This document shows, piece by piece, positions 54,983 through 64,000 of a stretch of 64,000 nt of DNA. Source of the DNA: a virus. Taxonomy: Duplodnaviria; Heunggongvirae; Uroviricota; Caudoviricetes. Each line of letters opens with the position of its first letter. Position 1 is the first letter of the stretch. The notes beneath the pieces were generated by a model. The model did not search any database. It worked only from the letters and a program-made list of their open reading frames with translations, and was not told where the DNA came from. The position numbers were made by a program, and so were the translations under genes. Where the stretch lies: the IMG/VR virus record IMGVR_UViG_3300029544_000210, positions 20,406-84,405 of that record; one strand, written 5' to 3'.

Positions 54983-57438
54983 TCAAACCAGGTAATACAT
55001 AACCTAAGTCTATCCAGCTAAATTCGTCAAACTCTTCAAGTTCTTTAAGTTCGTCTTCTGTTGGAATTTCCGCACCCATAATTCGCTTTACATCATTTTC
55101 TGTTCCACCAACTTCAAGTATTCTATGTAATGTCATTTCTAATGCACCAGAAATATCATCACTTCCTTTTACTGTGATTGCATTCCGTGACCAATATTCA
55201 TTACAAAGATGAAATGTCACAATTGTTTCATTTTCTTCTAGTAAATCTTTCAACTCAATCATTTCGCTTGCCTCCTTAATGAAATCCTAAATGCTGTTTC
55301 ATATATAAAGCACCGCTAAGGAACATAAACAAATTCTTTTTACGTTCATCATTATCATAATCCCATACTGGAATCCCGTTATCATCACAGATCACCATTC
55401 CACCAAAGGCTTCATTACTACATTCTGTAAAACGTAGTGCTTCTAATAACTCTTTCCAGTTCTGCTCGTTATACTCCATTTCATTCACTCCTTCCATTAC
55501 AAAAGGCAGACACAATTATTTGCATCTGCCTTTATTTATTCTCTGTTTGATTTACACTTCAATTACTTCCCAAGTCCATTCATATTCTCCATCGTAAGAT
55601 GAAAGATATGCTGAACCATCATCACTTATTGTAAAATCAATCGAATCCTTATCTTCTTCGCTTGCATTATTTATTTCTTCTTCATAAGTATTCTGTGCAT
55701 CCTTTTCGAGAAATGCATAAGCATCATCCTCATTATCGAATGCATCATGACTTGCAATTTCTTTATTATGAACCGAATAACAAATTACTACATATTTTTT
55801 CATAATTACTACCTTTGCCTTTCTATTTATATATTTCTTGTTTACTCGTTAACTTTCTTTACTTCAAGGATTTCATACTCAACATCTCCATTATCAAGTC
55901 CATAAATTCTTTTACACTCTTCAACGGATGATACTGTGCAACTTTGCGTTCTCCATTCCCAATTACTCATTGCGTCTTTGTATCTGAATGTTATATTAAG
56001 CATCTGCATTTTCCTCCTTTGGTGTAATTAAACTCATAAGATTCTCTCTAATATAGCCACAGAAAGCATCAATACTTCCATTTCCAATAGTCCAACAACT
56101 ATCCTCGTCATAGTTCCAATGAATAATTACTTCATGCCCTGCTGTGATATTAGGTAAATCAACATCTTCCTTTCTCGCATATGAATTATTTGAAAGAGCT
56201 TTAAGATATACATATCTTCTGATATTCTCAATATCTCTTTCTGTTTCTGCATTGAAAATCTCTACCAAAAATTCGTCAGAACATTCATCATAAATATCAT
56301 ATTCAGAAGCTCCATTTTTCTTATTATCAAGTCTCTTCAACTCTTTGCTGATTACAAACAGTGCTGATTCCTCATACTTTTTGCATTCCTCTTCACTTCT
56401 AAATACAGTTCCATCTTCTGCAATGTACTCTGTTCTTACCACTACTTCTCTTGTTTCTTTTACTTCGTTTGTTCTCATAATATTTACCTTTTACCTTTCT
56501 CAGTCTTTGATTTCTATAATTCCATTATCTTCAAGAATTGTCTTTACCATTTCAAATTGCATATCTCTATCTTCTGTATTTTCAACTGCATCTACAATAG
56601 ATTCAATTAGCAACTCCATACTTTCACTTGTCAATCTAAATTCCATTTCAATCACACTCTTTCTAAGTAAATTACAATTTCCTTTGATTACATTTCTTCA
56701 TTATTATATGTATAATCAAAATCTCCATATGTTAATCTTGAATTAATTGTAGCTCTTGTTTCAGTTTTCCAGTCTTTGCGAAACTTTTTAGCTTGCTCTT
56801 TTTGAGATAAGTCGCCATCATAATATTCCATATTGCCTTCTTCAATCTCTTTCGAGATTTTCATCTTTAACTTCTGTTGTGATGTGCCAATGAATAAAAG
56901 ACTCATACTAGAATATTCTTTCCATTCATTGCAGCTATGCAAGTAATATATTTGTTGTGCCATATAATCATCCTTTCTATGGTTGCTGATAAATCCAGTT
57001 TCCATGTCTTACCTTGTCGCTATATTTACTCCAAAATCCTAACTTTACCATACCTCTAACACTACCTGTTACATGAATACAACTACAATTTGTTGTAAAT
57101 CTTTTACCTGTTGCGTTTTCATACTTTCGTGGACTACTGTAATATGCCATATAATCACGCTCCTATCTAAAGACCATGCAATATTTATTATGATTACTAT
57201 TGTCTGCTACAAATTCAAACAAGATTACGTCATAACCCTTTTTCTTGATATATTCCTTACGTTCTTTAGAATTATATTCCTTCGTAAGACCTTCTAAAGT
57301 TTCAAAGAAATAATGCTCAAGCCCAGAATCTAACACTTCTGCTTCTTCTCGTGTATCATGTCCGTTACGAATCTTACCTGCTTCTTCTTTCGTAATGTTA
57401 AAATAATCTGTAGTTTTGTGAATTTCCATTATGACCTC

Positions 57439-59073
57439 CTATTCTGCCATATCCAACATCAACATACTGTTTGTGTCTGCCAGATAATAACTTGTGTTGC
57501 ACATTACCTTGTTGTATTCAACTTCACCTTCAAAGTCATTTACAACTGCTTTTTCTTCTAATGTCATATCAGAATATTTTTTCTTTCCATATGAAGGTGG
57601 CAGCCATCCTTTATGTTGTGCTCCAAATATATTGAACTTTTTCAATAACTCTTCATTTGTAAATGTAATGTGGCAAGTTCCCTTCTTATAAAAAGTTACA
57701 TTGAAATACTTCAATACAATATCTTTTGACTCTCCATATTCTTCAGCAAATTCTAGTGACTGGAATAAATCAACTGCTTCTGTCAAGCCGCCATCAAGAT
57801 AATTGAAGCACTTTTCAATATCTCTTAATTTGCTTACTACATCGTGATCGGTTGGTTTAAATCCACCCCATGAATATTCCAAATCTCTCCATCCTCTTAA
57901 TGGAATGATTACTTTTTTATTTATAATCCATGCTTTATTTGTTTTCCATCCATTAAAATAATGAATGTTCTTACTGCATTCATCATAATAGGAATATTTA
58001 TTACTCAGTTCTTCAAAGAGTGAAATAATTGTATCTTCAATTCCCTTTATGATTTTCTTGCTCATATCAATTTTCAGTTCGTATATATTGTGCAGCGAAA
58101 ATTCATAGTCTTTTAATTCTTCGACCTTGTTATAGTATTCTCTCTGCAAATTATTTGTGAGCTGACCAATGAACTTCGGATTATCAAATAATGCTGACCA
58201 ATATTTACCACGAATTTCTCTTATATATCCGTTTACTGATGCACTATCTTTTCCAATACTAAGATTTAACACGCAACCGCCAGTCTGTATTGTCTGTCCT
58301 GTCTGCTTGTCTTTTCCAAACTGATATAGGATATGTGGTGACATTGCATAATACTCTTTAATGAGTTTCACGCCTGCTTCAACTTCCATTTTATACTGTT
58401 CGACTATTGCCTTTAAAAAATCATTTTCTGCAAGCTGCGTGTTTTCTGTGTTATATGTATATTCTCTCTGTTCCTTGGCTTTCTCTAAGCTATCAAAGAT
58501 AAAAGAATCTCTCTGTACATCTGGAAGTTTTACTTTTATCAATGCAATTTCAACGTTTGTTTTTCTCTCTGCATCCATAAAAGCATCCTGAATATACTGA
58601 ATGTCTGCATTGTATTCTTCTAACATTCTATTCAGCATTATTCTTTCATTGTTGCATTCATTTTTTAATGTCTCTGCGTTAAGTAGACAAATAACAGCAC
58701 CGCCATTTCTCTGTTGCATTTCCAATGCTTTTAACAGATGTTTACATCCATTTGAGAACGGAGGATTCATAATAATTAAGTCATATTCCTTCATTGTGTC
58801 GTATGTCAAAAAATCATCATGTACAACTCTGAAATTCTTTTCCTTTAATACTGCTCGTAAGTTTACGTCATTCTCTATACAGTCAATATTTAACTTGATT
58901 GTTGTGTACCATCTGTTATTAAAATCTTCCTTTTTCTTTAATGCTTCAACAATATTTCCCTTACCTGCTGATGGTTCAAGAACTGTATGTATCATTTTCC
59001 AATCCAATCCATCAAGCATTTTATCTATAAGATTTTGTGGCGTTGGGTAGAAATCTTTGTTATCTGTAAACAT
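57439..59073 (-). CDS. gamma-class N6-adenine DNA methyltransferase with a long C-terminal (TRD-like) extension
   Basis: FYPTP, EPSAGKGNI (motif I), IIMNPPFS (motif IV). 544 aa. Confidence 0.7.
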   Translation of the reverse strand: MFTDNKDFYPTPQNLIDKMLDGLDWKMIHTVLEPSAGKGNIVEALKKKEDFNNRWYTTIKLNIDCIENDVNLRAVLKEKNFRVVHDDFLTYDTMKEYDLIIMNPPFSNGCKHLLKALEMQQRNGGAVICLLNAETLKNECNNERIMLNRMLEEYNADIQYIQDAFMDAERKTNVEIALIKVKLPDVQRDSFIFDSLEKAKEQREYTYNTENTQLAENDFLKAIVEQYKMEVEAGVKLIKEYYAMSPHILYQFGKDKQTGQTIQTGGCVLNLSIGKDSASVNGYIREIRGKYWSALFDNPKFIGQLTNNLQREYYNKVEELKDYEFSLHNIYELKIDMSKKIIKGIEDTIISLFEELSNKYSYYDECSKNIHYFNGWKTNKAWIINKKVIIPLRGWRDLEYSWGGFKPTDHDVVSKLRDIEKCFNYLDGGLTEAVDLFQSLEFAEEYGESKDIVLKYFNVTFYKKGTCHITFTNEELLKKFNIFGAQHKGWLPPSYGKKKYSDMTLEEKAVVNDFEGEVEYNKVMCNTSYYLADTNSMLMLDMAE

Positions 59074-59326
59074 AATCTATACCTCTTTTCCATATTCTCT
59101 ATGTTGATTTACGAATTTTTGTATCTCATCTTTTGTTTTGAACCATTCTGTTATATGTGCATCATTTTTGTCATTAATATTTTCTTTATATGCACCATAT
59201 CTATAACCATCTTTATAAGCCATACAATTATCTGGAAGATAACTAATTCCATATTCATAATTTCCAATTACCATATTTACCATTTCCTTTCACTATAAAA
59301 GGTGGTATATTTTAACCACCTTTGTT

Positions 59327-60955
59327 TTATACTGTACTAAGTTTTTCAGTTGGATCATATTTGAATATAAATCCCTTCTTAAAGCTACTGTAAAATCCCT
59401 GTAATGTTGCCAGCTTTCGCTTTACATCTGCAAAGTCTGATTTTGATAATTCTGTATCAGGCTTTACTACAAATAGCTTTTCACCTGTCTTTGTGTGTAC
59501 ATCTTCTGTTACAGTGTATGTGATTTGTGTTTCTGTACGTTCTGTTGCATCGTCCACTGTATTATTCTCTGTCTCTTTAATAGTTACATTTAATTTTTCA
59601 CATGGATTCTCTTTGAATAAGAAAGCATGTTTGAACTTACTATAATAGCCTCCAAGAGATTTGATATACTGATTTACCTTGATATATTCTTCACGGCTTA
59701 ATTTCTCAATTACCTTTGCAAGATATATCTTTTCTCCTGTTCGTGTGTCTGTATCTTCTGTTACTTCGTAGGTATATTTATTTACGTCCACATCAGTTTC
59801 AGTCGCCTTTGTTTCTGTCTTATTTGTATTAGACTTGATAACTTTCTTTACAACCTTTTCAACCTCATAAGGTGTTTTAACTTCCTGAATTTCACACCAT
59901 GCAATAGCACCTTTATTTACCCACTTCATAAATCCATCGGTCATAGTACCAATAAACCAGTGATTAGCCTGATTTGCATTTCCTGTACATTCTTTTGTAA
60001 GTTTTCCATTAAGTTTATATGCATGATAAGAAGTTTTTCCATCCTCATACACAGTTGCTTTAATTCTGTAAACATATCCCTTATTTCTGCCATAATTGAA
60101 TGATGTTTTTAAGATAAAGCACTGACCATCTTTGACACATCCGTTTTCTGTTTCAACAGCTTTGTTTTCCTTTTTATATTCAGTAACTTTTACCTTCTCA
60201 TATACAACTCCATCTCCTTCTCCAAGCATTCCACCACAAGTAGTATCAATTTTATTGATAAATGCCTCGAACTGATCCATAAGTGCCTTATCTTTTTCCA
60301 TTGATTCAATATGACTGTCTGCCTGTCGTGCTGCACTTTCTTCATCATCATTCCATCTACCCATATAGGTTGTTATCAAAGATTTTTTATATTCTTCTCG
60401 CTTCATAGTTCTGAAATTCTGCATATCTTTCATGTAGCCTTCATATCTATAATAGTTATCAATATGAGCGAACTTTAAAATTCCATTTCCTTTCGCTACA
60501 TAGACACCATCTTTTTCAATATGCCAATTCATTCTAGGTGGGTTTGCCATATGTCCAGGAATAATACCAGTTACAATATATTTTTCAGAAGTTTCGTTTG
60601 CCTTACTCCGTAACTTCTCAATCATTTTCTTTGCTGATTCTTCTTCCTGTTCACTTGCTCCTCTTTCCATTGTCATCTGTTCAAGCTTTGCAATCTTTTC
60701 TGAAATACTTCTATCCTGAAGTATTCCATCATAATTATATTTGCGTATTTCTTCTGGCTTTGCATCTCTGCTCCAATTTACAACTAATATATATCCATTC
60801 TTTGTAGCAATTCCACCCCAATAAGCAGGATCATAATAATCTGTCATCATGTCGCTATGGTCTGCATGATATCCGAACACTTCCCATCCGTCCATTGCCA
60901 TAAGCTTATGTGCCATCATTACGCCTACATCCTGATATTCATAATAGGTACTCAT
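59327..60955 (-). CDS. hypothetical protein (542 aa) with a C-terminal ~62-aa tandem duplication
   Basis: Repeat 1 YTYEVTEDTDTRTGEKIYLAKV...GGYYSKFKHAFLFKENPCEKL; repeat 2 ITYTVTEDVHTKTGEKLFVVKP...QGFYSSFKKGFIFKYDPTEKL. Confidence 0.45.
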   Translation of the reverse strand: MSTYYEYQDVGVMMAHKLMAMDGWEVFGYHADHSDMMTDYYDPAYWGGIATKNGYILVVNWSRDAKPEEIRKYNYDGILQDRSISEKIAKLEQMTMERGASEQEEESAKKMIEKLRSKANETSEKYIVTGIIPGHMANPPRMNWHIEKDGVYVAKGNGILKFAHIDNYYRYEGYMKDMQNFRTMKREEYKKSLITTYMGRWNDDEESAARQADSHIESMEKDKALMDQFEAFINKIDTTCGGMLGEGDGVVYEKVKVTEYKKENKAVETENGCVKDGQCFILKTSFNYGRNKGYVYRIKATVYEDGKTSYHAYKLNGKLTKECTGNANQANHWFIGTMTDGFMKWVNKGAIAWCEIQEVKTPYEVEKVVKKVIKSNTNKTETKATETDVDVNKYTYEVTEDTDTRTGEKIYLAKVIEKLSREEYIKVNQYIKSLGGYYSKFKHAFLFKENPCEKLNVTIKETENNTVDDATERTETQITYTVTEDVHTKTGEKLFVVKPDTELSKSDFADVKRKLATLQGFYSSFKKGFIFKYDPTEKLSTV

Positions 60956-61981
60956 AAAATCAACCTCGCTTTCTTGTAATAAAATAGGCAGCTAGTAGAT
61001 TATTCTCCTAACTGCCTTGCGGTTACTATAAATTTATTGCTTTTCCGTTCTCATCATATTCAATCGGTGCAATGTGAACTGCATAACCGATTTCTTTTTC
61101 TTTGTCGTAAATCTCCATTGTGCCACCTGCACAAAATTCAAATGAGAACCGCTTGTCATCCGATTCAAGCAGCTTAATCAGATGATCCGTGAGTTCATTT
61201 AAGTTCCGTGCATCCTCTTTTGACTTTTCAATAGTTGTCATTTCGCTTCACTCCTTTTCATAAATTTCTAACTTATGTAACAAATCAAACATTGCTACAT
61301 ATCTACCCTGATTCCGTTCTTTGAGTTTATCATTGTCGTTCTGCATTGCATCATCATAATCCTTATTTACTTTTCTAAATTCCTCTGCAATAATTTCAAG
61401 AATTTCATCCTTTGTCTTGCTACATGTATATTTTGCCATTTCCCTTCACTCCTTCCTAAAAAATCTTAGTTTCATCAGTTATCTTCTCTTGCACATAATG
61501 TATAAATCTCTGCATCAAGTACAACTTCTCCACAATCCTCACATTCTAAGCATACATCTTCTGGATTATCCCAATCTCCATATGATACAATACTCACCTT
61601 ATGTCCTCTGTGTTTCTTTAGTTCGTTCCATAAAATCATATTCATATCATCTGATTTCTCTTTATCACATGCATATTTTTCTTCCAAAAATGCTTTATAA
61701 TATTCAACTTCATCAAATTCATTCTTTTCCATATCCTGCAATGTTGAATAAATCATTTCTGTAAGTTGTTCTTTGGTATATGACTCATACACTTCATCAG
61801 GTGTTAAATCTTCATCTTCGCTTCCAATAAAGTAAAACCAAAATTCTCCAATCTGACAAGCAATACAATCATCATTTGGATTACTGATAATCTTTACTGT
61901 TCCATCACATAAGCCTTTAAAAACCATCTCTTTAAATGTCATAATCTTTCCTCCAATCTTCTAAAGAAATGCGAATTTCTT

Positions 61982-62212
61982 TTACTCTTTTACTTCTTCA
62001 AAATAATCTGGTGTACATGAATATTCAACACCTACAATTCCTTTTGTACCCATATTTGTTTCAACTGTATATGTTCCGTCATGATGCTTAATTGCTCCAT
62101 ATACTTTACCAGCCGTCCAAACCGTAGCAAAATCATCATCGCCTGTTAAATCTTCTTCATAATCCTTTATACATCTTAACTGTCTTTTATATTTCATTTC
62201 TCTTACCTCCAA
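61982..62212 (-). CDS. hypothetical protein (the true start is probably the second Met; MEVREM is RBS read-through)
   Basis: The same GGAGGTAAGAGAAATG context occurs upstream of 62231..62467. Confidence 0.4.
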   Translation of the reverse strand: MEVREMKYKRQLRCIKDYEEDLTGDDDFATVWTAGKVYGAIKHHDGTYTVETNMGTKGIVGVEYSCTPDYFEEVKE

Positions 62213-62925
62213 TCAATAAGAAACACATATTTAGTGCCAACTTTCGCAAGTAGAATTTCTGTCAACTAATCCTTCTACTTCTGCACAATATCCTTCATAA
62301 GTTGTACAAGGATTGTACGCACTGCATCCGTCACAACGCTTGCACTTTCGCTTTGAACTGCTTACAATATGATACATATTCGGTTCTACATATTTCTCTT
62401 TAATGTCTTCCCATTGTTTTTGAGTTACTTTTAAATAAGCATTTACAATCATTTCTCTTACCTCCATTCTAAGAGAACACGAATTTTTTACAGTTGAATT
62501 AATTTATCTCCAATCAATAACTGGTCTAATCTTAAATTACTTTGTTCAACCTCAAGCATATCTTCAAAACCGTTTTCTTCAAGAATTTGCATTGCCTTTT
62601 CTGCCTTTTCTTTGGTAGAACACTGTGCAAAACAAGTGCCTTCTAAATCATCAATTCCATTTACTTCCCATATCTGCATTCCGTTCATCTTTTTTACCTA
62701 CCTTTCTAATCCAAGAAAACACGCATTTACTATTCTATAGGTATTATTTCTAATACCTCACCTTCATCTCCGTTATATTTTAAATCAAACCACAAGGCTA
62801 CATCTTCGCAAGTTGCTTCGTCATTAGATGTCCAGAAATGATCCTTTTGTTCTCCATTTTTAAATGTAACTATATTCCATTCTTTCATATCACTCGTCAT
62901 CTCCTATTCACTATGAAATATCCAT

Positions 62926-63390
62926 TTACTCTTCTATGCTGTTTGCTCCATCTGCAAATCCGTCATCGTAACCCTTGTTATACATAGGATTCTCAAATTT
63001 TGTATTTGCAATAGGTGAATCTTCTTCAATACCAAAGAAAGATTTCTCTTCCTCTGACATCTCGCAATATTCATCAAAATATTCCATTGCACTTTCTCTG
63101 TCGTCAGAGATAAGTCTATCCGCAAAGAATGTTGCAAGTTCTTCAAGCCTGCAACGTGGGATAAAATTCTCTTCTACCTTTTGCCTAAAACAGTCTAAGG
63201 CGTTTGCAAGGTATAGTGTTTTTAATTCTACATTTTTACCAAACAATCCATAAGAGAAATAATTTCCATTCGCCCATTGCTGATTTTCAGGTTGTGTTGG
63301 ATCATATCCACTAACAACCGCATACTGTGTATCGCTTTCGCTTTGTAACAAAGCATATTTGTCATTCCGTAAAATTGTTATCCATTTCAT
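62926..63390 (-). CDS. hypothetical acidic protein
   Basis: ORF track entry. Confidence 0.4.
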   Translation of the reverse strand: MKWITILRNDKYALLQSESDTQYAVVSGYDPTQPENQQWANGNYFSYGLFGKNVELKTLYLANALDCFRQKVEENFIPRCRLEELATFFADRLISDDRESAMEYFDEYCEMSEEEKSFFGIEEDSPIANTKFENPMYNKGYDDGFADGANSIEE

Positions 63391-63463
63391 ATTGATTCAA
63401 TCCTTTCCTTATTATAATGTGACCGTATAGCCGTTATCACAGCTTTATATATGATTATTCTCG

Positions 63464-63946
63464 TTAAGCGGTTCTCTTTTTAATGAATATAACTTTAGTG
63501 CCTTCAATCTGTCTTGACTGTTCAAGTCCAAGTCCTTCAACAATTATATCTTCCACATAAAGAAATACAGCAGTTCTAAAGTCGAGAACAGGATACTTTG
63601 TTAAAGCATTTGCCTTAAGATTTTCAGGTGTAATCTGTCTGAAATTATTTGACAAAAATTCCTTAGTTTCATTTCTATCCTGTGCATATAGTTTATACAT
63701 ATCTCGCAATGCTCTTGTAACATAACTTACATATCCACTGTGTTTTCTATTGAAGCCACTATCACGGATAATATCATATACATATTCTGCACAAGCTCCA
63801 TTGTCGATTGCACAAAGACTTAATGCTTCTGTATATGAGCCAAGAACGCCCATTCCTCTGTTACCTGCCTTTTCTCTGTAAGCAAAACCATATATATTCT
63901 TCATTTTCTCAAGAGTTTCCGTTGCTGGATCATGTAATACAAGCAT
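63464..63946 (-). CDS. hypothetical protein
   Basis: ORF track entry. Confidence 0.4.
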   Translation of the reverse strand: MLVLHDPATETLEKMKNIYGFAYREKAGNRGMGVLGSYTEALSLCAIDNGACAEYVYDIIRDSGFNRKHSGYVSYVTRALRDMYKLYAQDRNETKEFLSNNFRQITPENLKANALTKYPVLDFRTAVFLYVEDIIVEGLGLEQSRQIEGTKVIFIKKRTA

Positions 63947-64000
63947 TGCTCCATGTCTCTGTATTGGAGTTACCTTGCGAACTGATATTCCCTGAAAAGC

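Overview
Low-GC (~30%), gene-dense window in which almost every gene is on the minus strand. It reads as part of a large phage or prophage genome, probably with a Firmicutes-type host given the strong GGAGG-type Shine-Dalgarno sites before most starts. No structural genes fall in the window. Recognisable content, left to right: a replication/recombination module (DnaB-like helicase truncated at the window start, an AAA_24/Sak4-like ATPase). A cluster of DNA methyltransferases follows (nine methyltransferases in the whole window), with an Rnl-type RNA ligase and an HNH endonuclease among them. Next comes a contiguous NAD+ metabolism cluster: SLOG/YpsA-like protein, P-loop protein, NadE, HAD phosphatase, NAMPT/Namat-like, Prs/Adps-like and PncA-like. 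The NAMPT-like plus Prs-like pairing matches the phage NARP1 NAD-reconstitution pathway. Then come tRNA-Lys(UUU) and tRNA-Gln(UUG), and an SPFH/band-7 operon. The most unusual locus is a 462-aa TnpB/Cas12-like RuvC nuclease (32907..34295). It is flanked by three cassettes, each a mini CRISPR-like array (36-nt repeat, 30-nt spacer, repeat) fused to a conserved ~90-100-nt scaffold that contains an anti-repeat. No IS200/605 TnpA is present, so this looks like a phage-borne compact type V / omegaRNA-to-CRISPR transitional system. Further right are a DUF262/ParB-like protein, a sigma-factor-like protein, a MazF/PemK toxin with a consensus sigma70 promoter divergent from an XRE regulator, a tyrosine integrase, an AP2-domain protein and a HicA/HicB-like pair. 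The rest of the right side is a long run of small, mostly acidic hypothetical proteins, plus a 542-aa protein with an internal tandem duplication. Several conserved intergenic motifs and 5' leaders are noted. All calls rest on motifs read from the supplied translations and sequence; no database searches were possible.
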